Shown here: positions 52,261 to 64,000 of the stretch, piece after piece
Layout: every line of letters begins with the position of its first letter
Numbering within the stretch: position 1 is the stretch's first letter
Assembly: GCA_964016885.1 (NCBI GenBank)
Contig: OZ024745.1
Location: 122,884,001 to 122,948,000 of the forward strand
DNA: 64,000 nt
Reading direction: 5' to 3'
Source: Eledone cirrhosa
Taxonomy: Eukaryota
Program-made: the position numbers and the translations under genes
The notes under the pieces: generated by a model
What the model was told of the DNA's origin: nothing
Seen by the model: only the letters and a program-made list of their open reading frames with translations
The model's database searches: none

Positions 52261-53436
52261 AAGAGATAAGAGATTCTGATGCCCGAACATTTGTAGTAAC
52301 TTTGCAGGCTTCTGTGTTGTTCATATGCAGGGAAAGTGTGGTAGAGGACTGTTGTCTTAATAGCAACAGTGGAAGATATTTATAATGTATCTTTTTATGG
52401 AGGCACTATGTAAGTTAATGACAACTCCATCAGTATGCACCAAAATGAAGCAGCCCAACAGGAAACGTCCAATCCAATGACAAATAGATGAAGATTATAG
52501 TGAGAAATTTTATAGTAATCTACAGCTGCTAAAGCCTGGAAAGGTAAGACAGTAATGACATAGCAAATTAGTGTTTAATATGTATCTAATCAACTAGTGA
52601 CTGATATAATTGGATGTGAGTGTAAAGAAAAATTTGGTGATTAAAATGAAGTTTTGCTGAAATTTTCACTTTCATGTATGTGAGGATCTTTCCATATGGA
52701 TTTTAATGCAACTAACTAAGCCTTCCTACTGTTAACACTAATAATAAAATATTCTGAATATTTATAATTATAATGAACTACAAATAAAATTTGTTGTTTT
52801 TGTGTTAGTATCTTTGTAAGTGTATAATTTACTTCATTTAATGTCCTATTAAAAATAGGCATGGTGATAACATATAAGATATAAATAAGGGCTTAAGGAT
52901 TTTTGGAAAACTGTTTTAGAGATCCACAAAATATAAACCTGAGTACCACTCATATAGAGCATTATGACGAACTGTAATTACCTGTTTAGGTTGTTCTTTT
53001 CTTCAGTGAGGTTGGGAGCTACTATTTATCCATAGTATATATTGTATTGATATATAACTCATGCAATATTACAGATGTGCTGTTGAATACAGACAGTTGT
53101 TCCATGGATGACCACTCATGTTGAAAGTAATTCTATTGAAAACCATAGTATAGGCTTCAGAAACGAAGGATTACAATTCCAGTCTAATTGAATCACTCTC
53201 AGTAATGATGTATTTCAAACCCTTCCCATATATAGTGTCCGAAACGTTAAGACCCTCTTCCTGCTATTTCAAGCGTTAATCTAATATATTCCTTCCATAT
53301 ACTGTACTGATTGTCTTGTTATTTCTGTTTACCTTCTACATATAAATATATATATATAAATATATCTGTATATATATATATATATATATATAAAATAAGT
53401 AAGTCAAACATGTAAAATTTAGCTTCGTTTATTATA

Positions 53437-53503
53437 AATTCTCTGCTATATTTATTTCGGTGACAGCTTTTATTGGCTGTGACCTCTTCAGGCAGTACGA
53501 ATT
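53437..53503 (-). ncRNA. Type I hammerhead ribozyme motif (core intact)
   Basis: Minus strand: AAUUCgua-CUGC-CUGAAGA-GGUcACAGC caauaaaa GCUGUcACC-GAAA-U AAAU A-UA-GCAG-a-GAAUU, then AATAAA and (TA)n. Confidence 0.8.
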
Positions 53504-53957
53504 AATGTAGAAAAATCAGGTAAACATGTTATTGAAATGTGTTCCACTCTGTCAATTCATCGATATGTCCAGCCCCTGGGTGTGTTGTTAGTCCTCCAAG
53601 GAACTGGAATAAAATATACATATATGTATGTATATATAGGTGTATTGAAGTAGATAAATTGAGTTTGTGTAAGTACGCCGAAATTTTCCAATTGCTCGAT
53701 GACTTCCCGGGATATGCACCTCCGAAGCGCCTGTCAGTGATTCAAAGCGCACACATTTAGTTATTAGTGGTACAATCAGAACTATGTGCAAGCAATGTAT
53801 AAATCAGGCCAGACCAAACGTCAATACTCATCTTTTTCCATTTATCTGAGGGTTCTAAACCCCATTATCAGACTAAAATTCCTTTAGTCAAAAATACAGT
53901 GAAAGCTATTCTATTTTCTAATTTCAAATCTGCTCACTGTTTCAAAACACACTTACT

Positions 53958-54021
<64 letters not shown>

Positions 54022-54302
54022 TAAATCATGTCCTTAGAATTATTAGATAAAATATATACCATTTCCTCTCCCAATTAGCATAATTAACCATATAAAAAAT
54101 CAATTAGACCAGGCTATAAGAATAAAGGCTCCTATGAAGAAATTTTCAACAAATAACCGAAAGCGGCCTCTTCGCGGTGGCCCCAATAGAGTATTTATCC
54201 AACATTTCAACAGCATGTAGAAACTGACTAAATATACCGTCAACCATACACAATTAAGTGTAAATTCAAACTTAGAAGAAATGTGTACATACTGTAATTA
54301 TA

Positions 54303-54379
54303 TCTCTACCATGGTTTCGTCCGTATTTTTAGACATCCTATTCTCAGGATATATCCAGAGTAACAGACTCATCAGGAGA
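54303..54379 (-). ncRNA. Type I hammerhead ribozyme motif with extended loop 2 and palindromic stem III
   Basis: Minus strand: UCUC-CUGAUGA-GUCUGU...(38 nt)...ACGGAC-GAAAC-CAUG-GUA-GAGA. Confidence 0.8.
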
Positions 54380-54551
54380 AAACTCAAGATTAGACAGTTA
54401 ATTTTCCAAAGTGATCGCGCCAAAAATAGATTAAAAAATGGCTAAGAATCGTGACGTGGCAGTGGTCAAGTTAGAAAGAATGTGATTAGTTGCTTACGGC
54501 GGGTCTATATTTGTTTTGCAAAGTTTTTGATATGAAATCGTGTGTCTAAAC

Positions 54552-54960
54552 AGATATTGTTATACTTGGGGTGGGTCATATTGTTGTAATAATTGTTTCT
54601 ACTTTAGGCACAAGGCCAGCAATTACCCAGTTCATTACTGGTACTTTATTTTATCGACCCCGTAAGGATGAAAGGCAAAGTTAACCTCAGCGGGGTTTGC
54701 CGAAATAATAACAGAACACACTCACTGCTTGGTTGGTTTTCGCTTCTGTATCTTTTATATCCCCATAGTTAATTTATTTGGATAGATATATATATTTATA
54801 TCTGTATTTTTAACCGTTAGTCAATCAATGATAAACGTTGATTGCCAAATAAATTAATTATGGAGATATAAAAGATACAGAAGCGAAAACCAACTAAACA
54901 GTGAGTGTGTTCTGTTATTATTTCTGGCAATATTATTACAATATGATCCTCCCCAAGTAT

Positions 54961-54968
<8 letters not shown>
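54552..54968. repeat. Family E inverted duplication with a SINE A fragment (54592-54696) inserted in the left arm
   Basis: 54552-54780, minus the insertion, is inverted relative to 54844-54968. Confidence 0.8.
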
Positions 54969-55042
<74 letters not shown>

Positions 55043-55263
55043 GCATACATTAGTCAAAATCTAATTTCATAAAATTATTTAATTCATGTGTCGTATTGAA
55101 CATTATTACTTATGTATCATCATCATCATCATTTTACGCCTGCTTTTCCCTGCTTGCAAGGGGCGCATGGGTCTTATTAAGCATGGCATCTCCCCATTCA
55201 TCACGGTCCTTTGTCACTCTCTGTCTGTCAATATATCACACACACACACACACCCTCTCTCTC

Positions 55264-55311
<48 letters not shown>

Positions 55312-55314
<3 letters not shown>

Positions 55315-55591
55315 TCATTTCATTTTACGTCCACTTTTCCCTGCTTGCAAGGGTGGGACGGGAACTGATTCTGGCTTGATTTCTACAGCTGGATGCCCTT
55401 CCTAACACCAACCTCATTTACAGTGAGTGCTGGGTGCTTTTTTGCTGTGGCACCTCCATGACCACTTTGCAGTGGAATGATAGGGACCCCAGTCCCTATC
55501 ATCTCATTTCTACAGCTGAGTAAACTGGAGCAATGTGAAATAAAGTGTCTTGCTCAAGGAAACAACACATCACCCGGTCTGAGAATTGAAC
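55312..55591 (-). mobile_element. SINE family B, 5'-truncated
   Basis: Reverse complement of the 44550 and 27029 copies. Confidence 0.88.
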
Positions 55592-56525
55592 TCTCTCTCT
55601 ATATATATATATATATATAACAAAGAAGGTGTGGTGAGATACCAGGTGGACCATAGCAAACCAGAGTACTCAATACTTAGAGTAGTAGAGTGGGTCATAG
55701 AAAAAGAGTCAGGACCTTAACGACTGAACTTTGGCCGTTGGGGTCCTGACTCTTTTCCTATATATAAAAAAAAGGGTCGATCGACTTTCGTCAAATTGGA
55801 CTGAGGAAACAAAGTTTTCGTCAGCTTTCCAGTTGCTAGTACTAGCTAAATACATGGATATGTGTGCACATGGAATAACACACTCTCAAGCACACACATG
55901 TATGTAATTGTCGCAAATAGTTATTTAACACGATTTTTTCTTCTAATGAATGATGATAATTTATTCAATTCAAGTAGATTAATGTAAAAGAATATTTATT
56001 CAAATCACATTTATTAATTAAACATAGCAATACTCAGCAACTTCTACTTAAAAAACTATCTTTTATAATTTTGCTTCAATTTCAACATATCTGATGAAGA
56101 ATAATATCTACTTTAAACTGTCAGTTTTTTTTTTTCTTGTTCTTTTTTTCTAATTTAACTTTTAATATCTACAGATTCTCTCTATTCCTCAGGATTTTTA
56201 TAATCTAATTTTCATATCAATAATTTAAAATCCACCTACTTACCTTAACTTCATCATTAAACTTCAAAATTCATTAACTCAGAATAAATAACTACTGACA
56301 TGAGACTTAATATATTTCTGATATATAGTAGAAATTACTTGTGTAAAAGGCATCTCATGAAATCATGATAGCTTTTATGAATAGTTGTTATTTTATCATT
56401 ACAATGTTACCTATTTGCTAAAATATGGCTTTTTTTCTCATTTTCTTGTCTAACTGTAGTAACAAAATTAATGTATTACAGCCTAGCAACCATAACAATA
56501 TGCCATGTGTATTAGTGTATATATA

Positions 56526-56576
<51 letters not shown>

Positions 56577-57009
56577 TATATGTATGTGTGTGTATATATT
56601 ATATACACAGACACACACACACACATACATGCATACATACATACATACATGCATACATACATGCATACATACATGCATACATACATGCATACATACATAC
56701 ATGCATACATACATGCCAACATACATGATGGCTGCAACTCGATTTTGAGTAATGCCATTGCTTGATACTTAAGAATGAGCGTCTCGGACGTGACTTTTTA
56801 GTCCTGCAAGGGACTTGCCTATGGCCAGTATCAAGTGATGCTTGTGCCTGATGCTTTTTTTAAGTGAGGAAAGGCTTTGCATGGGTCCAATCCTACTCTC
56901 TAAACATTGAATGCATTTGCCTCAAAAGAGAACTGGTCTACACCATTGGATGCAAACGAAATCGCAGGTTTTATATCAGAGTGACATACATATACATCAT
57001 TATTGACAG

Positions 57010-57139
57010 CATTGGCAGTATCGGTAGAGGGTCGGACGCCATGCTTTGACGCATGGAGCTACGTCCCTTTACGGACTGAGTTCAAATCTCGCCGAGGTTA
57101 ACTTTGCCTTGTGCTGGCCTTGTGTCAAAAGTAGAAACA
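57010..57139 (+). mobile_element. Internally deleted SINE family A with TSD ATTATTGACAG
   Basis: A and B boxes and tail are present, the core is deleted, and there is an 11-bp duplication. Confidence 0.8.
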
Positions 57140-57223
57140 ATTATTGACAGGATGGGTCTACCAGTGAAAGATATACGCATTGGTATAACAGAGTTAGGTG
57201 GTTCTAGCTTTAATGTTTTTGAC

Positions 57224-57583
57224 ACCAAACTGTCTGAAACCATCCGTGGTTCAACAATACCAAACTGTCTGAAACCATCCGTGGTTCAACAATACCAAAC
57301 TGTCTGAAACCATCCGTGGTTCAACAATACCAAACTGTCTGAAACCATCCGTGGTTCAACAATACCAAACTGTCTGAAACCATCCGTGGTTCAACAATAC
57401 CAAACTGTCTGAAACCATCCGTGGTTCAACAATACCAAACTGTCTGAAACCATCCGTGGTTCAACAATACCAAACTGTCTGAAACCATCCATGGTTCAAC
57501 AATACCAAACTGTCTGAAACCATCCGTGGTTCAACAATACCAAACTGTCTGAAACCATCCGTGGTTCAACAATACCAAACTGT
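57224..57583. repeat. 35-bp minisatellite, 10 near-identical copies
   Basis: Unit ACCAAACTGTCTGAAACCATCCGTGGTTCAACAAT; one substitution seen. Confidence 0.97.
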
Positions 57584-57702
57584 TTGTTATGAAATATTTA
57601 TATTTATAAAAAAAACCTCCTTCATAATTTTATATAGGCACATTTAAACTATGTTTCACACACCAGCTTAATAACAAGAAAGTTATATTATTAAACCCTT
57701 CC

Positions 57703-57924
57703 AAGGGGAGTGGATTGGCAGTATCGGTAGAGCGTCAGACGCCATGCTTTGCAGCATAGAGTTACGGCCCTTTATGATCTGAGTTCAAATCCTGCTGAGA
57801 TGAACTTTGCCTTTCATCCTTATGGGGTCGATAAAATAAAGTATCAGTCACGCACTGGGGTCGATTTAATCGACTTTCCCCTGCCCCCAAAAGAATTGCT
57901 GGCCTTGTGCCTAAATCAGAATCC
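57703..57924 (+). mobile_element. Full-length SINE family A with 16-bp TSD ATTATTAAACCCTTCC
   Basis: TSD copies at 57687-57702 and 57925-57940. Confidence 0.92.
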
Positions 57925-58589
57925 ATTATTAAACCCTTCCGAATTTTTGATTATTTTGAAAATGATTTGAAAATCATTGGTAGTGAAAGAGTTAATGAGT
58001 TCAAAAGAGAAAATATTCTGCTGGTCATTACTTAGTTGATTGCATAGATAAGATTTATAGTTAACAAGACAATTAATGCAACTACAGAGATTAATTACCA
58101 TTCTTTGTTTTTTTTTAATTTGAGTATTAATTGGGTTATATAGGTTGGATGGGTTTTGCAGGGTTTTGCATAAAATGTTTGATCCTGAAACCACTAGTTT
58201 ACCCTTTTTGGCAGTATGGCATTTTTTTGTTTTTACTATATAATGAAAATGGTATAGGATAAATACAGAAAAAAAAACAAACAAAAATAATACACAAATA
58301 ACATCAAATAACTAACTCAGAGATACTATAAAAGATTTGTTTTTATAAATAATTTAACTAATTATGTAAATTAGCTCATTTGCTTATTAATGTAGATGAA
58401 TAATGTAGATGAATAATAGCTTCTAATTTAGGATCAAGGCCAGTAATTTTGATGGAGTTGGGATTTTGATTATATTGAACCTGGTGCTTTGATGGTACTT
58501 TATTTTATTCCTCTCAGAAGGATGAAAAGTAAAGTTGACCGTGATAGGATTTGAACTGAGAGTGCAGCATACTAGAATGAATACTTTAA

Positions 58590-58805
58590 CCCTTTAGCAT
58601 TTACATTACTCTATATTTACTATTGTATTTTCATGGTAAAGGCTTTACCTCACATAATTATCTCACATAATATCTAATCTATGAGATTTTGATATTATTT
58701 TGAGAACAATACTTAACATCAGTATGAGCAGCTGGATACAGCTCGTTTGAACAGAAATAAGTAGGAGAATTCTGGCCAGATACAGCCGGTTTGAATGCTA
58801 AAGGG
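58590..58805. mobile_element. piggyBac-like MITE (family C)
   Basis: TTAA-CCCTTTAGCATT...AATGCTAAAGGG-TTAA. Confidence 0.88.
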
Positions 58806-59140
58806 TTAAAGCATTCTATCTAATGCTCTAACAATTCTGATAATCCATCAACTTTATGTAAATGAATAATAAAATTTTGACTTTTTTGCAAGACTTTCCA
58901 CAAAAACCACCCGAAACTATCTAAACCACCCAATATAATTTCTAGTAGATAATTATGCCTAAAATAACTAATCAGGATTGTGATTATCATAATCACTGCT
59001 ACTGATATCATCTCTGTTGCTCATCTTGTCAGAAAAAAGTCATGGAAATCACTAAAAATATAAAATAAACCAAATACCCAATCGAAAATTTTCATTAACA
59101 ATACCTATTAACGAATAGTTTCATAAACAATTTTTATTAA

Positions 59141-59756
59141 CACAGCTCTGATACTATGGACATGTGGTTAGAATATGTCTCAGGAAAGAACTGCTGGACA
59201 GATTTTATGGGCAAAACCAGGGGTAGACTACAAGCCAGATGGTTGGATAACATCCATGAGCTTGGCTGATCTCATTTGGGGGATCCAACCTTATCAATTG
59301 GAGATGGTAGCTTCTGACAGGACCCTGTGGAAGGTGGACTTGAGGACTGCCTCAATTGGTAGCTTCTGACAGGACCCTGTGGAAGGTGGGCTTGAGGACT
59401 GCCTCAATTGGTAGCTTCTGACAGGACCCTGTGGAAGGTGGGCTTGAGGACTGCCTCAATTGGTAGCTTCTGACAGGACCCTCAGCCACTTCGAATTGTT
59501 TAGTAAGTGTCAGAAGAGATGCAAGATGGTTCTTGTCCAGAAATTTGTGAATTTTGTCGACCAACTTTGACGTCCTGATGTCCCTCTCCCTGCTACACCT
59601 CTCGTCATCCCCCACCTGCTCCCTGCCCTCCTGGAACCTCTTATGCCAGTGGGAAACAGTCAACCGGCTCATGAAAGTTAGTCTGTAAGCAGTTTTGACG
59701 ATATAACAGAAGAGGAGCATCAAAACACTGAGAAGAAGAAGAAGAAGAAGAAGAAG
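59141..59756 (+). mobile_element. Chimera: RTE 3' fragment, 52-bp tandem repeat (about 3.4 copies), antisense mariner fragment and (AGA)n tail
   Basis: 59153-59350 is homologous to 700-900 (inverted); 59481-59735 is homologous to 927-1183 (inverted). Confidence 0.8.
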
Positions 59757-62700
59757 GTGGTACATTTCTCATAGTGGCAAAACACAGTAACTACTGATGT
59801 AAAATTTCTAGCTTTTAAAAGTAAGGTTTTGAGGAGAATACTGAGGGTTAGCTGATGAGGCCACATAATTAAATCTTCCATAAATTGTAAAATATTATTC
59901 CGATTACTCGTGCGTTTGGAGGTTGTTAGCTGATCAAGAAAAGTGTTATATTTCTAAGTCGATCTATCAGCAATATCGTGTTTTTTGGCTAAGTTGATGT
60001 GTCATATCTTTCAGCCTTGTAGTTCTATAAGTGTTAATGTACATATCTAAATGCTTGTTCTATAAATTGAAAACATGATTCTTGCCTGAATAATCTCTAT
60101 CTTAAATATTAAAATGTTCCATAGCTCACTATCATTGCTATTATTTTTAAAATCGGTTTTCCATTTGGGGATTTTAAATCTAACTTATGTCAACATTTAT
60201 CTACTTTAGGTCTCAAAAGAAAAGAGAAAAAAATCTTTTTTTCTTTTAGACTATAAAGTAGTTTCACTCCTTTTCAGAATTGCAAAACTACATGAGTAGT
60301 CTTGATAATATAAAACTATCTCTCTTTTTCATAACAGAAAATAGTATTCATCATCTTTAGAATTGGGAGACAGACAATACCTCATAAAGAGCTAAAGATA
60401 ATTTCTCTATAACTAGCAGTTCTCTCATGATGTCTATTTTATTTTCGTATTTCTTACTTTTTTTTTATATTTCCGACATTTTCCACTTAAAGCATTTAAA
60501 TATTTTAGTTCGTATAATATCAGTTTTTATATTGAAAAAAATTGCTAGTTGAGGTGAAAAAATATTTGACATTTTGTATGCTGAGGTCAGAAGAACAATT
60601 ACAGAGCTCAAATGTGGCAAGGCCTTTGGGGAGGATGAAATTCATCCCAAGATGTTAAAAGCCTTAAATAGATAAGGTATTCTCTGGTTGACCCATCTGT
60701 GCTGAGTGATCTGGATTTCTGAAAAGGTATTTTATTTTATCACCCACTGAAGGATAAAAGGCAAAGTTAATCTTGGTGCGATATGAACTCAGAATGTAAA
60801 GAGCCTTAACTCCATGTTGCAAGGAACAGTGCAGGGAAAGAAAAGACAGGATAGACAGGGGAAGTGGCAGACAGACAACATAGCTGAGTGGACAAGAATG
60901 AACTTTACCCCAACTTAAGCACTCACCCATGACCACCAGAGATGATGGGATCAGTTGGTGCAGTGTTCAAGAAATGGCGGTTCTGTTGTGTCTCGCAGAG
61001 TTCACTTGCCACCTTTAGTGACTCTGATCTACATTTCCTGAAGCTGAATATTTACATGGAGGCCGGCAATGTTTTGCCTTCTCCGCGAAGGTGGCATGAT
61101 ACCAGCAAATTAATGCTAGGTGACGTGATCTTCTACAACTCTATATATACTATCATATTTTCACAGTAATTATCTCACATAATATTGAATCTATGAGATT
61201 TTGATATTATTTATTTTGAGAACAATACCTTAACATAAGTATGAGCAGCTAGTTACAGCCAGTTTGAACAGAAAGAGGTGAGAGAATTCTGGCCAGATAC
61301 AGCTGGTTTAAATGCTAAAGAGTTAAAGCAAGAGTAAGAAGTAGTAGAAGACACTTGTCTGAGGTACTGCATAATGGTATTGAACTCAGCACCACATGGT
61401 TCTAAAGTGAATATCTTAACCAAACAGCCATGAATTGTTTATAGGAATCCATAATCAAAGGCTTTCTTCAGTTAAGGGAATTTGTTTTCTTTTTAATGAA
61501 TTACCAGTTGAATTAAATTGATTTAATACAAAGCTAGAAAGAGAAAGTAATCTTTGTATAGCCTACAATTCAACCTGCTTTGGCACCTGATTGATGAGTA
61601 GGTCACATAAAATTTTATTAGTATAATTAATCGTAATAAAATAAAATAACTAATTAAGAATTCTTTTGTTTCCTTGAATTCTTTCAAATGCAGAATGCAA
61701 GTAATAAAATAAATATGAACAAATAAAACAAGAGAAAAATATTCAGCATTATTTCCTTGTTCAGTATTTTGATGTCTAGAAATAGTTTACACACCTATGC
61801 AATGCATTGGGTGTTTATTAAAATGAAATGCATACAGTCTGTATTTTCATGCAACCAAACTAAACTTGCTATCTTAAAATCAATTCTGATACTCTCTCTT
61901 GATATTTCAACTAGATATTGATTTATTTGGTGTCTAGATACAGCTGGTGCAGTACAAACAGAGCTTAGAGAATTAACATTAAATTCTATACAAGAAGAAT
62001 AAATAAGAATTCAGTTGATTATAAAAAAAAGAAAGAAATGACAGCAAAAACTGGTTGATTAAAAAAATTGATGAAAAACTTCATCCCTGTAATGGCTACC
62101 AAATATTAGACTATACTTTCTTTTAAATTACTGCTAAAATTGGAAATAATTGCAATTCAATTTATTGTTGATTGTCAGTATATAAATGTATTTTTAAAAT
62201 AATACTTTCAATTAGAATGTTAATTTTTCTTAGCATTCGTAGAATTATCATGAGGGAAAAAGATACTTCAACCTATTTGCTTTCAACACTTCTATGAATT
62301 GAATATTTCCTAAAATTACTGATCAAATTAATAATACAAACAAGAAAATTAGCTCAACATAGTTTCTATTTGGTTATGGATTGTTATTCAATCTATGAAT
62401 AAATAAATTCATTGCCTAGAGTGGCTGTGAAAAAATAAGTGTAAATATTTTTCTTTATTCAGGGTTTATGATGGAATCATAGATTTGCAATGAGCTATAG
62501 GGTGTCTAAGTGTTATCAAAGCAATTAGACATAATCTTTAATATATTTTCTTTGGAAAGGGATACAGATTAAGTAATAGGAGGAAATATGTGAGAATCAG
62601 CATTTGATTGATATTGTTTATAAACTATTAACCCTTTATTACTATAATTCCAATGAAATACATTTTCTATGATTTTTAAATAATAAGGAAATTAATAAAA

Positions 62701-64000
62701 AAAAAATTGGAAAGGGTATTGTAAAATAATTACCCTTTTCATTATTAAGCTGGAGTTTGCAACAGAAATTTATAAAGATTTTTACATAAAATTATGATGA
62801 AAGATTTTAAAATAAATATAAACACTTTAAAACAAAAAGGGCAAATGTTCTGATATCAAGAAGCTTAAAACTTTCTCACTGTTACCAACAAATATCATGG
62901 GAAATATTAAATCTAAGTTCTTCTTCATCTTCCTTGACACTTGAAATTATCATCTACTGTTCCATATTGTTGATAAAATCAAATTACATAAACTTCCTAT
63001 GAGTTATGTCTTCAGTTAGTTCTGTCATATTCCTTGCTATAACCCAACCTTATCTGATTTATAAACATTCATTCCTAACAGCTTCTTCAATCCTATATAT
63101 GATATCTGCCTTTATTCACAATTTAACATGCCAGTCTATTTATTTTCTATGTGATCATGGCATATTTTATTACCATATTGTGTGATTTAATGAATTCTAA
63201 ATTTTTGTTATATTACATCTTGATCTAGTGCATTAGGAAACTAAATGCCTATCTATTTATTTGGGTCATACTGAAATAAACTCTTCTTACATATAAATTC
63301 TCCTTTCTTGAGAAGCTACTTATAATGGCACTCATATGCTTGCTTTTATTGTAATTATTGACAACATGGTTGTCCATAGAAATGTATTTAGCTTTCTTCA
63401 ACAGAATATTGATTTGTTTCCTGAAAAATGTTATATAATTTAAAAATCTATTAATTATTTATCTACTAACATAACTTACTTGAGAATCTCACATGTTTTA
63501 TCATGCTCTTGAATAAACAAACCTATCCCCAAGTAATACACAAACTTAGAAGTTCTTCTTTCCCCCTTATTTCTTTCATGACTTATTTTCCCTTTATTTA
63601 TTGATTGATACTCCATGGAGAGTGAATTGGTAGCACATCCTTTTATCCAGATCTCTGTGAACCTTAGGTTCAATTCCCACTGTGATCTACTCTGCCTCTC
63701 ATCCTCTGAAGTTTGATAAATAAAGTAACAGAGAAAGGCATTGAATTAGTGAAATTGTTAGAGTATCAGAGGTGACAACTTGTTTGTTCTCCTTTAGCAG
63801 AATCAACATCAAAAACATGCTTGGACTGGCTCTTCTAGTGCATCTCCCTCACCATCCTATAGGGAAACGCCTTCTCTATTCTGTCCACCGGGGCTGGCCA
63901 GTGCATGGGCCCCCATTTGCTCACAATAGTGAGAGATCAGGAGAGAGCAGGAGAGACAGAGGCAGTGACAGTGAGAACTCAGTTTTCTTTTGTATTCAGA

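Noticed and set aside
55772-55832. Minus-strand CTGACGA...GAAA-GTCGATCGAC hammerhead-like string
   Set aside because: Stem II does not form, U16.1 is absent, and the related copy at about 25770 lacks the core.
11309-56765. Numerous YIYI/HTHT/MYVC ORFs in the track
   Set aside because: They are translations of (TA)n, (CA)n and (CATA)n microsatellites.
57224-57583. CRISPR-like 35-bp repeats
   Set aside because: The units are contiguous with no spacers, there are no cas genes, and the context is eukaryotic.
63474-63530. Possible small minus-strand exon ending in GTAAGT
   Set aside because: The acceptor is poor and the peptide is unrecognisable; it cannot be supported without RNA data.

Overview
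AT-rich, microsatellite-laden eukaryotic DNA. The SINE and microsatellite content resembles an octopus (coleoid cephalopod) genome; this is an inference. The window is almost entirely intronic. The only host exon I can support is a 110-bp minus-strand exon (19035-19144) encoding the C-terminal part of a PH domain, most like RasGRF. The rest is repeats: a young 5'-truncated R4/Dong-type RT-RLE retrotransposon in (TAA)n, a dead mariner fused to RTE 3' ends, two tRNA-derived SINE families, piggyBac-, hAT- and Helentron-type non-autonomous elements, several minisatellites and decayed LINE remnants. The most striking signal is not in the ORF track. At least eight near-complete type I hammerhead ribozyme motifs (CUGANGA...GAAA...NUH with pairable stems I-III), from several unrelated sequence families, are present, plus degenerate or half copies. 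Most share one layout: HHR, then AATAAA, then about 40-50 nt from the HHR to a (TA)n tract. Many lie in or beside long fold-back inverted repeats. This points to a diverse set of (TA)n-associated Penelope-like or retrozyme-like elements. All folding and alignments were done by eye; no activity or database result is claimed.
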